A stretch of 61,040 nt of DNA, counting the filler. It is 13 parts of 13 records of this genome, joined end to end, with 100 filler letters (N's around TTAATTAATTAA, not from the genome) between each part and the next. Parts side by side here need not be neighbours in the genome. Positions count along the whole stretch, not along the records: positions 9,893 to 13,015 come from SRR15195285_4522; positions 13,116 to 16,807 come from SRR15195285_4525; positions 16,908 to 21,611 come from SRR15195285_4527; positions 21,712 to 26,701 come from SRR15195285_4528; 9 more parts are not named here. One strand, given 5' to 3'. This document shows, piece by piece, positions 10,690-22,209 of the stretch. Each line of letters begins with the position of its first letter. The stretch's first letter is position 1. The notes below the pieces were generated by a model, which did no database searches, was not told the DNA's origin, and saw only the letters and a program-made list of their open reading frames with translations. Made by a program: the position numbers and the translations under genes.

Positions 10690-12425
10690 ATGCCCAGCGG
10701 CAGCTCTGTCGGCGAGACGCTCACTGAGTTCTTGCCTCTTCCTCTGGACGTCAAAGGTAAGGGCTTAGCGCCCGGCGTTTCGGGTCTGATAGAGCGGCGC
10801 AAACGTGCTGCTGTCGAGGCAGAAGATTACCGCGCAGCTGCGGAGTGTCACGACCTCTTGACGGTGCTGCAGCCGGCCACCATCGGCACAGAGCTTACAC
10901 TGGCAGATGCGTCACCACCTACGCTCGAAGGGCAGCGGGACTTTTTCAGAAAATTCGGGTTTGTATGTCTGCCGAAGGTCTTCGCTGGTGACGCTTTAGA
11001 TCGGCTGGTTGCCGCATGGAGGAGCGTGCAACGCCCTGCTGGCCCGATATGGCGCGAGAAGCTCCGAGTCCAAGAGATGGCCGCCGCCGAGTTTGACCAA
11101 ACGCAGCGTCCAGATGAATCCGCAGCCGAGTTTTATCGCCGTCGCTCAGCGGCGGGGAAGGACCGCAAGATCGGTCGCAACTACTACGACATCACAATGG
11201 AAGAGATGTTTGCTGGGCTTAGGGAGGAGCTTCGTGCAGCAGCAGCAGCAGCTCCAGATGCCGTGTCAAACGACTCGCCACCCAAGGCTGCGGCGTTACT
11301 GGACCTGCTAGACCCACCACGCCTGGTGGCAGTGCTAAAGGCCCTCCTTGGAGACGAGCTGCACATGTTTGCCATCCAGCCACGCACGTATCCCGCGTCA
11401 AGTCCGGTGAGTGCAGCGGGCTCGGGCTTTGGCGTCGACACGGATGAGCTCCGCGGGTACATCGGTGCGTGTGTCTACCACTGACTCGTTGTTTAAGGCA
11501 TCATGTTTCGTCTGCGCTTGTCCTCGAACCTCCAGAATGCTATGGCTGCGTCCAGTCTCTGTTGTTGCAATCAGTTCTGAATTCGTTGAATGCTGCAGGT
11601 TGGCATCGAGACTTCACTGGGCCCGGTCACGGTGTGTCTATCAACCCAGCGTCGGTCATTAAGGTCTTCACGTTCTTTGAGGATGTGAGCGAAGACGGTG
11701 GTGTGAGTCTGCAACCGGATGGACTGCTTTGGTGAGGCCTTGACAAGATTGCAACTAACAACATGCCTCGCTTGCGTGACGCGTTGGGTTATGCTCGTAT
11801 ATGTGGATGCTATGGGGTGCCACAGGCTACCACTGTTGTTCCAGGATCGCATCGACTGACCTTCGACCCAAGGAATGCTTTTCTGATGGTAGATGGCTTT
11901 GATGAACTTGCTACAGCAACAACCACAACCGCGGCTGATGCTGCAGCAGCTGCCCAGAAGGCTGCGGAGCATGTCGACCCATACTACCACGTACAGCCAC
12001 AGTCGGCGATGCCAAACCCGTTCAAATTTGCAGTGAATGCCGGTGATGTGTGCCTATTTGACACCACGTACGTCATGACTTTGCTCAGCTGTGCCTTGCT
12101 GCAGCAGCATGGCTACATTTCTATGGATTTTTGCTAGTGGTGGTCGTGTGTCCTAGATCTAGTACGATTGCTCCAAAATGTTTGGAGTTTAGTTCTGCGA
12201 TCGTACTTACTGTGGTTGCCTGTCCATGGATGATACATCAGCATCTGGCACACAGCCTCACCGAACACCTCTGGCCGCGATCGCGAGAACACGATCATAC
12301 ATTATCAGGCCAATTCTCGTCCAGCAACGCCAGCTGTGCCACTTGACGTGCTTCGCCTGGCTGAGTCTGCTGGGCTGCTGTCGCACGAGCGCAAGAAGCT
12401 GCTCGCTTACGACCACCATCACTGA
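10690..12425 (+). CDS. PhyH-family 2OG-Fe(II) dioxygenase with N-terminal UVR-like helical hairpin; 4 exons
   Basis: Introns at 11465-11598, 11703-11825 and 12068-12241. FFRKFGFVCL, GWHRD (HxD), VVPGSH, AGDVCLFDTTIWH (distal His). Confidence 0.85.
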
Positions 12426-13371
12426 CTCACTCGCAACGCAGTCCACACGCCACAGGTCTAATTGTTGCAACAGGACATGAATCGAATATTTAAGAATGAG
12501 CATGATGTTGACGCTTAGCAATCCTCACGTGCACACAACTAAATTAAGCTTGCGCGCTGACTACAGCAACGTGAATTCATCCGCATTGAACACCTGCTTT
12601 AGGGATTACGACCGCAAGGAGGCTGGGTCCGAACGTTGGCACTGAGGCTGCTGCCCTTAGCATATCCTTTTGAGCCACGCGAAATGACACATTGACGATT
12701 TAAAATGGCTGACAGTAGATGCCACCTGGAGCGGTGCGGGAGTTTGAGATGGCACACTATGCAAAGGCGTCGTGGTCTCCGTACAATTTTCAAATCACGT
12801 CATTACCTTTTTTTTTTAAGCAGCCAGTTGACGGTTTGGCACACGTCGGCGGGTCCCTGAGGGGCGACACGCTGTCGCTGCTAGCTAGGAGTACTGGTCG
12901 GTAGGCTGACACTACATGTAGTGTCCGGTTGGCGTACTCTAGAGATCTACTAGTACTTGCACCGGCGTGATCAGTGATCATGGATTCCTGGATTCAAGAC
13001 CAAGTATCAGATTATNNNNNNNNNNNNNNNNNNNNNNNNNNNNNNNNNNNNNNNNNNNNTTAATTAATTAANNNNNNNNNNNNNNNNNNNNNNNNNNNNN
13101 NNNNNNNNNNNNNNNGGCAGGATTCTCAGTATATCGTAGCTGCGCAGCACGGGCGGCGCGCGTGGGCTCGCCGGCTCCGGGTCGTCGTCCGAGCGCGCGA
13201 CGTCCGGCGCGCGGAGCGCCGCGCGCGCGCGCGCCGCGTTTCAAGTGACCGACGGCTACTTGACTCGCGTTGACTGGGCGGCCCTTAAGTTCACAGTGCG
13301 GCTGTTGCATCACGCGGTGAACGTACTTGAGAGCTCCGACTGTGTGCACGGCGACACGCACGCGGTTGACT

Positions 13372-16300
13372 ATGGCGATGGAGGCCCCCGTGCTACGGCC
13401 CTCCATGGAGGAGTTTGCGGACTTCGAGCGCTACATGCACTCCATCCACGAGCTGGGTACGCAGTGTTCCCCCGCATCGCTTTTCTTGCTCTTGCGGCCA
13501 TCTAATGAGCGAGACTGCTTGGTCGGAGCAGGGATGGCGCACGGCATCGTCAAGGTCGTCCCGCCACCGGAGTGGGCTCAGCGGCAGCCGGTGCTGTTCA
13601 AGGAGGGGGAGGAGTTCACGGGGGATGTGGAGATTCCGACGCCAGCGGAGCAGCACGTGAGCGGGCAGCTGGGTGTCTATGAGGTGATTAACATCGAGAA
13701 GAAGCGGATGCACCTGCGCGAGTTCCAACGAGCCGCAGCAAAGGCCAAGGCGGCGCAGGGAGCGCGGTGGGCCAATGCGGCCGGCAAGGGCGACTCGGCC
13801 ACGATCGAAGCAGAGTTCTGGAAAAAGTTGACGTACGGCAAAGCCTCGATGTATGGCGCCGACATGGTCGGTTCGCTGTTTGAGAACGAGCTGGACTGCT
13901 GGAACCTCGACAAGTTGGACACGATACTGCAGCGGGTGCTGCAAGAGGAAAAGGTGGAGGGTGTCCTCAACTCGTACCTGTACTGGGGGATGGCACGAGC
14001 GTTCTTTGGGCTGCACTGTGAAGACATGGACCTCTTTTCGATCAACTACCTGCACGGTGGCGCGCCCAAGTCCTGGTACGGCGTGCCAACTGCGCACGCT
14101 GACAGAGTCGAGTCGTTTGCGCAGGGAGCGATGCCACAGCATGCGCAGCTTTGCTCGCAGTTCCTCCGGCACAAGACTACCATGATCGCGCCCTCTCGCC
14201 TGCTCGCCGAGTCCATTCCCGTGTCACATGCCGTTCAGCGACCCGGCGAGTTCGTCGTTACGTTCCCACGTGGCTACCACTGGGGATTCAACCAGGGATT
14301 CAATTGTGCCGAAGCAGTGAACTTCGCAACCGAGGACTGGCTGCCCGTCGGCATGCGAGCAAGGTACTGCCAGTGCCGCCCAGATAGTGTGCGGATCGAC
14401 GTTCCGTTGCTCCAGCGCCGGTTGCATCATACAAAGGTCGAGGCGCTGCAGAAGAAGCACTGGGGAAGCTCGGCGGCTGGAGTGGAATGCGAGAGCAAGG
14501 ACGCGGTGCCTGAGCCAGTGAAGCCGCCGTACATGGTGGCTCAGGCACAGAGGCTGCGTCGGACTCGCGGCAAAACTTTTGCAGCCAAGCGCCCTGCAGT
14601 CTGGATCGCTCCGCGCATACGTGAACGGCACTGGGATGGACTGAACTGGCGCACTCAGGACGGCCTTGTTGACGACGGTTCGGATGCGGCGCTGAGGATC
14701 AGAGCAGCAATCGAGCAGGAGAATAGCCGATGGTCCGCTCGCTGGGTCGCAGCCAACAACGGCGTGCCAGTTTGGACAGTCATGTCGGAATTCAAGGACT
14801 CGGCGGACACCACCGTCTTGACCCCAATGGCCTTAGAGCTGGAGGAAACTGCGCAGTTGAGGGCGACGGCGCAGCGAAGCTATAAGGCTCCACGATATGG
14901 AATGCTCAGCAAAAAGGAGCTCAGCGCTCTGCTGTACTGCGCTGGTGCAGACCACAAAGGCAAGAAGGAGGTGCTTGTCCCACGACTTGAGTCTCTCCTG
15001 CAAGACCGTTTGGAAGTCTCGGCAGCGCTCAAGTCGATCGTAGATGCCGTGATCGTCAAGTCTGGCGTGGTTTCAAATCGAGGGTTCGCGAGGCGGACTG
15101 GAGGGCGCCCAGGTGGTCCCACCAAAGTGAAAAGCGCCCGCAAAAAGCGTGGGCGGCCCGTTTCCGATGCTGACACTGAAGCTGACGACGCCCAAAAGCA
15201 GTTTGTGCTTCATCCCAAGGGTCCAGCATCACGCATGGTGTTTACCGTTGCCGAGGGTACAGATACTGCCGGTCTGGAGTTGGGAACACGCTGCCGGCGA
15301 AGTCAGAAGGAAATTCGCACAAGCGGGTGTTCGATGTGGGCGCTCGGGTTCGGCAAGACTGTCGAGGGGGAAGACCTCGTGCGTTCTGTGCAGCACCAAG
15401 GTCGCGCTGCATCAGAGGAGGAGCTGGAGTTGTGGTGTGCAGTACTTGGTAACACCCAGCGGATACCGAAGAAGAAACCTGGCGCGGTAGAGGCGACTCT
15501 CGGACAAGATGGCGCACGAGAAGGGATTGAAGCCGACTGGAGCATGACACCGGACGGTGCACGGCAGCCAATGAGTCACGAAACCGAGTACGGACCTGCG
15601 CTAGGTGGTGCGATTGCTCGAATTCTCCACACTAGCGCGGTGGCCGACGGATCCACCCCCACAGCTGCAGCGAACGAGTTGTACAAGCTTTCTCTCCTGG
15701 GAGACAAATCGGACTTGTTCCGGGGATGCAAACTCAACAGAGCACAGACCCGTTCAAAGACTGACACTGGATGTGTCTGCAGCCTGGTAATCGGCGAACT
15801 TTTGCTTGTGCCTGGAGTGGATGCTGAGGATGATAGTGTCGACAGCGCAGTGTACGTCGATCTCGCCAAGTACCGCCACACCTCGGCACCAGGCGCGGCG
15901 CCACTGAAAGTTCGAAGTGGCCCACCGATCAAATTCGATCCGCAGACAGGGGTCGCCATGCAAGATTCGGTGCATCTGACACCACACTGCCGCACAGCAT
16001 GCGGGGTCGAGCATGTCGGAGCACCCAAGCGGGTCATGGCACAGAGCGTACAAAAGGTGGTTGCCTTGGCCCGGTTGGTCCCTCCATACGCTGTGCATTT
16101 ACACGCATCTTCCCGCGCACCTCTGGCGATGCCACCACCTCGAGCTGAGGCGGTGAAGCGCGATGCAGAGCGCGCGGAAGAGGACGAACAACACCTCAAG
16201 CGCGCTACGAAGCAAAGGATAGCAAAGAAGCCACGAGCAGCACCCGCCCGAGCTGAACTTAGCCCAGAAGCGAAGTCATGGGCGGCTATGGTGGAGCGCT

Positions 16301-16770
16301 GTGCCTTGGCATTAAAACGCAGCATTAAGAATATCCATGCGTGCTACACGGACAACGCATCGATCGCGATGCAGCTTGCGGCGCTCGGATCAGAAGCAGT
16401 TGTCACGATCTTGCAGCTCAACGAGAAAGCTGAAGGTGGGTGTATGTTGAGCAAGAATGACTGCGCATACGTGATGAACACCATTGCTGAAGCACTGAGA
16501 ACGCCCGATTTGGTGGGGAAGAATGGCGCAAGGGCAGCGTTGCAGGCTGTGAAATACTTGGCAGGTGGTGGGGCGCAGACCAAGAACGCTACTGTTAGCA
16601 CACAAAAAGGATCGGTGGCTTCTCATGCGCCACAGCCAAAGCCAAAATTGCTTCCCAAGAGGACTCGACCGGTGCCAGGAGCACCAGCCGAAAATACTAG
16701 GCCAGTGCGCAAAGCAGCGGCCAAGCAAACCTTGCCACCCAAGGCGACCAAGAGACGGCGAAGAAGATGA
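13372..16770 (+). CDS. KDM4: JmjN/JmjC histone lysine demethylase, KDM4/Rph1-like
   Basis: JmjN APVLRPSMEEFADF..GIVKVVPP (intron 13457-13531). JmjC YGAD, LHCEDMDLFSINYLHGGAPKSWY, FLRHK, FPRGYHWGFNQGFNCAEAVNFA. Confidence 0.9.
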   Translation: MAMEAPVLRPSMEEFADFERYMHSIHELGTQCSPASLFLLLRPSNERDCLVGAGMAHGIVKVVPPPEWAQRQPVLFKEGEEFTGDVEIPTPAEQHVSGQLGVYEVINIEKKRMHLREFQRAAAKAKAAQGARWANAAGKGDSATIEAEFWKKLTYGKASMYGADMVGSLFENELDCWNLDKLDTILQRVLQEEKVEGVLNSYLYWGMARAFFGLHCEDMDLFSINYLHGGAPKSWYGVPTAHADRVESFAQGAMPQHAQLCSQFLRHKTTMIAPSRLLAESIPVSHAVQRPGEFVVTFPRGYHWGFNQGFNCAEAVNFATEDWLPVGMRARYCQCRPDSVRIDVPLLQRRLHHTKVEALQKKHWGSSAAGVECESKDAVPEPVKPPYMVAQAQRLRRTRGKTFAAKRPAVWIAPRIRERHWDGLNWRTQDGLVDDGSDAALRIRAAIEQENSRWSARWVAANNGVPVWTVMSEFKDSADTTVLTPMALELEETAQLRATAQRSYKAPRYGMLSKKELSALLYCAGADHKGKKEVLVPRLESLLQDRLEVSAALKSIVDAVIVKSGVVSNRGFARRTGGRPGGPTKVKSARKKRGRPVSDADTEADDAQKQFVLHPKGPASRMVFTVAEGTDTAGLELGTRCRRSQKEIRTSGCSMWALGFGKTVEGEDLVRSVQHQGRAASEEELELWCAVLGNTQRIPKKKPGAVEATLGQDGAREGIEADWSMTPDGARQPMSHETEYGPALGGAIARILHTSAVADGSTPTAAANELYKLSLLGDKSDLFRGCKLNRAQTRSKTDTGCVCSLVIGELLLVPGVDAEDDSVDSAVYVDLAKYRHTSAPGAAPLKVRSGPPIKFDPQTGVAMQDSVHLTPHCRTACGVEHVGAPKRVMAQSVQKVVALARLVPPYAVHLHASSRAPLAMPPPRAEAVKRDAERAEEDEQHLKRATKQRIAKKPRAAPARAELSPEAKSWAAMVERCALALKRSIKNIHACYTDNASIAMQLAALGSEAVVTILQLNEKAEGGCMLSKNDCAYVMNTIAEALRTPDLVGKNGARAALQAVKYLAGGGAQTKNATVSTQKGSVASHAPQPKPKLLPKRTRPVPGAPAENTRPVRKAAAKQTLPPKATKRRRRR

Positions 16771-17328
16771 CATTCATGACAACGAGATAGGTAGATGTGT
16801 TGGGCTCNNNNNNNNNNNNNNNNNNNNNNNNNNNNNNNNNNNNNNNNNNNNTTAATTAATTAANNNNNNNNNNNNNNNNNNNNNNNNNNNNNNNNNNNNN
16901 NNNNNNNCCGAAAATGTCAATGTCAATGTCAATGTTCCCGCGTACAGTAGAGCTGTATAGGAATTCATATTGTAAGCAGTTTGAACCATGATCTCATCCT
17001 CGTAACCGGTCAATAGTATTTACAAATGTCCGGAACATCGGGTAAACCGACTCACCAGCCTCGCGAGGCGCCCCTTAGCTTGCTACAGCCGCGCGCGACC
17101 GCGCGTCGCCGCGTAAAATTTCACGACTTGCGTGCCAATGTGCGTGTGCTGGCTGCACTGGACATGCAACGGAACACCAAAACGCGCGAATACGTATTTA
17201 GGACTCCTACCGGGAGTCGGCTATTCAGAATTCACGGTCGATACGTAGAGAAGCAGGCGAATGCGGAATACGGACGCGCCGATCGACGTGCGTGGCCTCC
17301 CTGCTGCTCGAGGGCGGTGCCCCAGGGG

Positions 17329-18174
17329 ATGGGCTGCTCCCCCTCCAGGCAGCAGCACCCAGCTGGGTTGGGAGTGGGTAGTGGTGTCTGCGAAGTGGAT
17401 GAGCGTGAACAGAGTACTCGGGTGGCTGCTCTGCCGGAGCAACGGCCTGGTCCGATGCAGGAGCTCTCGCAGCCGGAGAATGAGCCTGAGCCGGAGCCGG
17501 AGCAACTGTCACAGCTAGCACCAGCCCTGTCCATGGGGTTAGGTGAGCCCCAGATGAAGCTGGCTCGCGTGAAAGAACTCGACAGAGAGCTCGATGCGCT
17601 GCTCGCAAGCGGTGACGACGAGATAGGGAAGCCAGGGACAGAACTGTCAGCAGTGGCAGAACCTGCGCTCGAGCTGGACGCGACAAACACGACATACAAT
17701 GTCTTGCCGCGACCGACAAGTGTACCACCACTGGACCTGTCAAAGGTCGACCGCAGCTTGCGTCACCACGTGTCAGGCGATGCGGCGCAGAAAAGCAACC
17801 AGATTCGTACTCGCTCCAGCGTCCGGGATCGGCCGCGATCACGAGCTGATTGGCATGTTGCGAAAATGCGGCAGTACCGCGAGCCTCCGTGCCACGCGAG
17901 GTACACCGCCGCCCTTGAAGTTCGAGCTGCCAACTGAAGATGACAGGTGTCGAAACCGCCACGGCGCAGCTCGACAGCAGTAGCGCCAGCAGGAGCGGCA
18001 GCAGGAGCGGCAGCAGGAGCGGCAGCACCAGCACCAGCACCAGCACAAGCAGCCGCGGGAGAAGCAGCAGCACAAGAAGCAGTATCATGCAGCAGCAACA
18101 GGAGGTCGCCGATGCAACAGTGCATCGAGAACGTCCGCGACAAGGCGCACAACAGACATCAGCAGTCGGTCTGA
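17329..18174 (+). CDS. Hypothetical low-complexity protein with MGC N-terminus (possible dual acylation); 3' structure uncertain
   Basis: MGCSPSR start, EPEPEPE tract and a short coiled coil. Ala/Pro-rich repeats at 17985-18050. Confidence 0.35.
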
Positions 18175-18401
18175 AGGGAAGTTGATTGCATTGAGCAGAC
18201 TCGAGCGATAAGTGCGTCTCTCCACCAGCAACAATTGTGGACACAAGTCCGTTGGATTGATCCGGCTGTTCATCTGTCTATGTCAACCCAAGCAGACGCA
18301 GCATCCAAGACTCCGCAAAACTAGCCCAACCACAACTGTATGGGTGTTTTCAGTGCATGAGTTCTAGTTTGAATACCATTCTGTGATGAGGGGCCGTCGC
18401 A

Positions 18402-21400
18402 CTACGCGGCGGAAGGCCGACGGTGCGCAGAAGGGGTACCTCCCGTGATGGATGAGTCTGTGAGTCTCAAATCTGAAATCTGAATCGCCGCATCAATCCT
18501 CTGCAACAGCTCTGGAAAACTCGGACGTGCGTACGGATCTGTCTCCCAGCACTCGCCAATCAGCCCCTTCGCGACACTCTCTGGTAGTGCTTTCGGCAGT
18601 TCAAGTCGTTGCCCCTCTTTCCCAACCATGTAGCTGACCTTAACCGGATGAATCCCATCCCACGGCTTCTGACGAGTAAACAATTCCCACAGCACTACTC
18701 CAAACGAGAAAACGTCACACGGTAGTCCAACATGGCCGCCCACCATAACTTCAGGTGCCGCGTAGGCCATGGTCGTAGCCACTTGATCGTCCTCTTCGTC
18801 GTCGTCGTCGTCGTCATCGGCGTCGTCCTTGGACATGATCTCTTCCGGCGTCAGTTGTTTGAATGGCGGTGATCCCTGGCGTGTGAGTGCTGTGCGGGTG
18901 CTTGCCGTCCCGAAGTCGGCGATTTTAACCTGCAAACTTGTGGTGAGCAGCAGATTCGCGGACTTCAGATCTCGGTGGATGATCGGTGGTAGGCAGTTGT
19001 GCAGATATGACATTCCTCGTGCAACGTCTAGAGAAAAGCTCTTGATGTGGCGGTTAGTAAGCTTGGTCACTGTGCCGTGCAGCAACTGGTGGACTGTCGC
19101 GATATACGCAGTCCCTCCGTTGGTTGTACGCGCAGATTTGCCTAGGAACTCCGTCACCACACTGACCCAAGGCGGTGCTGTACACATACCCATCAACATC
19201 ACGATATTTGGGTGATGGAGTCTCGTCATCACACCGATCTCATCCTTCATCGCATCCAAGACCTCTTGAGACAAATCCTGCCGGTGCAGCCTCTTGACTG
19301 CTACAGGAGTACCTTGCCAGTCTCCACGAAATACTTTCCCAAAGCCACCATCTCCGACACACTCCGCAATCTTGACCTCCGCTTGTACATCAATCTCGCG
19401 GCAATCTGTAGAAACATAGAGACTAGCTCGACGCATTCTAGCTTTCTTTCCACCAGGACCACTTAGCAGCCGTGGTCGTCTACCGTACTGGCTGCCACTG
19501 GGTGAAGCATGTGGAGAGCTTGGTGGCGTGTGCTGTTGATATTCTGGGCTACCAAGCGCCCCAGGTGGGGTCTTCACACCATCCTCTCCATCAGTCGATG
19601 TACCCATCAAAACCATGTCGTGGGAACTCATTTTGTGCAGAAGGGTACCTCTCGTTGTATTGCCCGTCATGGATTTTGCCAGTCGCGCCGCCTTGGCATC
19701 CGATGTCTTTTCTGACCGCATTACAATTGCCTCAAGTTCACCCTCAATTTGCAGGAAGCTTGGTCGCTCCGATGGGACGGGATGCCAACACCTGCAGATC
19801 AGGTCGCACAGCAGCCTATCAACACGAGGTTCGTCCTGGTGGCCAACATCGACAGCACTTGAAGTGCTTGCTTTTGACAGCGTCAAAGGTGGACTCTTTT
19901 CAGCTTTGGCTCCGTTCGCAGTGCTCTTGGCCTCGATTGCGTCCGCAGTACGTGGTTTGTACCCCTGTGCAAGTGGGAGTGGACGGTGCGAGGATGGACA
20001 CAAAAGTCTTGCCGCGATTTCGAAGCTACCACTCACATGGGCCCATGCCGGCACCATAGCCCGCAGTTCCCACAAAATCACACCCATTGACCACGCATCA
20101 ATGGCTGCCGAAGGCGCCAGACTAGGTGACCCATGGTCTTCGGTGGCCGCCGCCATAGCTCGCACGTGCTCGGGTGCCATGTACCGCAGCGTTGTCTCGG
20201 CTGCACTCTCATCAACGCCGAAGCCACCAAAATCAGAGACGCGCAGCAACAGATGCTTGTCGATGAGACAATTGCGAGGCTTGAGGCCTGCATGAAAGAT
20301 CGGCGGCGAGCGAGTGTGCAAATAGTTGACCCCTCGTGCAATCTCCAGGCCGAACTGGAACCACTGAGAGCGTGCAACCCTGCTCTTGATGCGTGGGCTG
20401 CCTTTTAGCAGACTGTGCAAGTCGCCGTTGCCAGCAAATTCAGACACAATGGCCATCTGGCTCGCGTCCACAGCATTTTGTGGGCAGCAAGCCGCAACGA
20501 GCTCAGAGATGTGAGGATGTCGGAGCTCCACGAGCTGCGTGATCTCCCGTAAGAAATCGGCAGCGGCAACCCCGCCTCGGTCCGTCTTCAGCACTTTGAC
20601 GGCAAATACCTTGTCCCATAGAATGCAGCGATGGATGTCGCCATTGCGGCCCGCTCCGAGCTTTTCTAGCAGCTGGATGTCTTCCCATCGGACCTGCCAT
20701 GCAGCAGACGACGAGGTATGCGTGGCCATTGCGTGGCCGCACTGCCCGCAGCTATCCGGTCTTACGCCGCTCGGGTCCGCGTACCACTCGTCACAGCCGC
20801 AACCAGGATGGTTACAGCTGGTTGGAAATTTTCCAAGATTGACGTGCAGCGCCGGGTAGCAGCCGCAATTGGTGCACGGCCCGCCACCCTTTTCGGCGTG
20901 CCCTGTCACGGCCGACGTGTAGGCCTCGCAACCAGCGTGCTGTGTGCAGTGGCCGCGACGCACGCCGAACGCGACGCCAAACTGCATCGACGCCATGGCT
21001 CCTGCGAGCGAGGAGTGCATGACTCGGTCGGCCTCGGCATGCGCCACCTCCAAAGGCTGCCCGCTGAGTACAGGAGGCGTCGGCGACGCGACGGCCTGCG
21101 CGGCGGCACTCTCTTCCTCGAAAGTCACGAGCGCCCAGCCGCGCGACTGCACGATTCCCGAGCTGCCGGGCTCTTCCGTGAAGCGATTCACGGTGACGTT
21201 AGTCACACTGCCGTAGCCACTGAAGAGCAGCTTTAATTGCTCGCCCGTCAAGTGCCGCAGCTGGTCGCAGCCGGGGCTCTCCGCCACCCAGACCGTCCGC
21301 GCGATCCGGTCGAGATCGGCCCGCGGCGGAGGCGACAGCACCGGCGAGCGGTGATCGATTGAGCTTCGCCGCCGCCGCGTCGAGCTCTGCGGCGGCGTGC

Positions 21401-21611
21401 GCTGTGGCGTCCCCTGCGCCTGCCATTGCGCCGCACCAGGACCTTGAAGGACGTGTTTAACGGAGACAACCACTGCGCGCTGCACTGCACAAACGGAAGA
21501 GGGAGAGACCCAGGGCGGACGCACCGGTCCGGTCTCCCACAGCACACTGGGCGGGAGTATCTTGCCCGACTCCACCACGCCGCCGCCGCCGCTGCCGCTG
21601 CCGCCGCTGCT
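18402..21611 (-). CDS. RRM + two Cys/His zinc-finger-like repeats + pseudokinase + TKL (Raf/MLK-like) kinase; 5'-partial
   Basis: RNP1-like RGWALVTF. Kinase 1: GAGRNG, FAVK, HAGLKPRN, DFG, APE. Kinase 2: GDGGFG, VAVK, HRDLKSAN, DFG, APE, DVFSFG. Confidence 0.9.
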   Translation of the reverse strand, partial: SSGGSGSGGGGVVESGKILPPSVLWETGPVRPPWVSPSSVCAVQRAVVVSVKHVLQGPGAAQWQAQGTPQRTPPQSSTRRRRSSIDHRSPVLSPPPRADLDRIARTVWVAESPGCDQLRHLTGEQLKLLFSGYGSVTNVTVNRFTEEPGSSGIVQSRGWALVTFEEESAAAQAVASPTPPVLSGQPLEVAHAEADRVMHSSLAGAMASMQFGVAFGVRRGHCTQHAGCEAYTSAVTGHAEKGGGPCTNCGCYPALHVNLGKFPTSCNHPGCGCDEWYADPSGVRPDSCGQCGHAMATHTSSSAAWQVRWEDIQLLEKLGAGRNGDIHRCILWDKVFAVKVLKTDRGGVAAADFLREITQLVELRHPHISELVAACCPQNAVDASQMAIVSEFAGNGDLHSLLKGSPRIKSRVARSQWFQFGLEIARGVNYLHTRSPPIFHAGLKPRNCLIDKHLLLRVSDFGGFGVDESAAETTLRYMAPEHVRAMAAATEDHGSPSLAPSAAIDAWSMGVILWELRAMVPAWAHVSGSFEIAARLLCPSSHRPLPLAQGYKPRTADAIEAKSTANGAKAEKSPPLTLSKASTSSAVDVGHQDEPRVDRLLCDLICRCWHPVPSERPSFLQIEGELEAIVMRSEKTSDAKAARLAKSMTGNTTRGTLLHKMSSHDMVLMGTSTDGEDGVKTPPGALGSPEYQQHTPPSSPHASPSGSQYGRRPRLLSGPGGKKARMRRASLYVSTDCREIDVQAEVKIAECVGDGGFGKVFRGDWQGTPVAVKRLHRQDLSQEVLDAMKDEIGVMTRLHHPNIVMLMGMCTAPPWVSVVTEFLGKSARTTNGGTAYIATVHQLLHGTVTKLTNRHIKSFSLDVARGMSYLHNCLPPIIHRDLKSANLLLTTSLQVKIADFGTASTRTALTRQGSPPFKQLTPEEIMSKDDADDDDDDDEEDDQVATTMAYAAPEVMVGGHVGLPCDVFSFGVVLWELFTRQKPWDGIHPVKVSYMVGKEGQRLELPKALPESVAKGLIGECWETDPYARPSFPELLQRIDAAIQISDLRLTDSSITGGTPSAHRRPSAA

Positions 21612-22209
21612 NNNNNNNNNNNNNNNNNNNNNNNNNNNNNNNNNNNNNNNNNNNNTTAATTAATTAANNNNNNNNNNNNNNNNNNNNNNNNNNNNNNNNN
21701 NNNNNNNNNNNCAACCGCAGTGCCGGTGGCACTGCTGATTCCTCGGCTAGTACGATGTACGTGTACACTGTACAGGGATTTGCCGCTGATGCATGATCAT
21801 GAATCATGTATTCCTCGACGAATACATGTACCAAATTTCGCTAGCTGAAGCTACCGGTACAGCTGTACGTGTACTAGTACTACTCTGTCATCCTGAGTTT
21901 GTTTTTCAATGAACCCAGGCGTATTTTGTATAATAGTACTATATTTAATGGTAGGATCCCATTCGAATGGCTCAGAGATGGTGAGATGCTGAATTCCTTG
22001 CCATAGTAAATTTGGATTCGTCGTCGACTCACCGCGCGTCACCGGCCGCCGGCGTGCGAATGCGAACCGCTTGCATGGTGAGGTTCCATCCGCCGCCGGC
22101 GGTCCCGCGATCCGCGCGGTGCCCGCGCGGAGCGCGCGCGCGCGTACGTAAGGTACGCGTAAGGTACGCGTCGTAGCCTCGTCATCCCGCCCACCGCTAT
22201 CTCGCGGCG

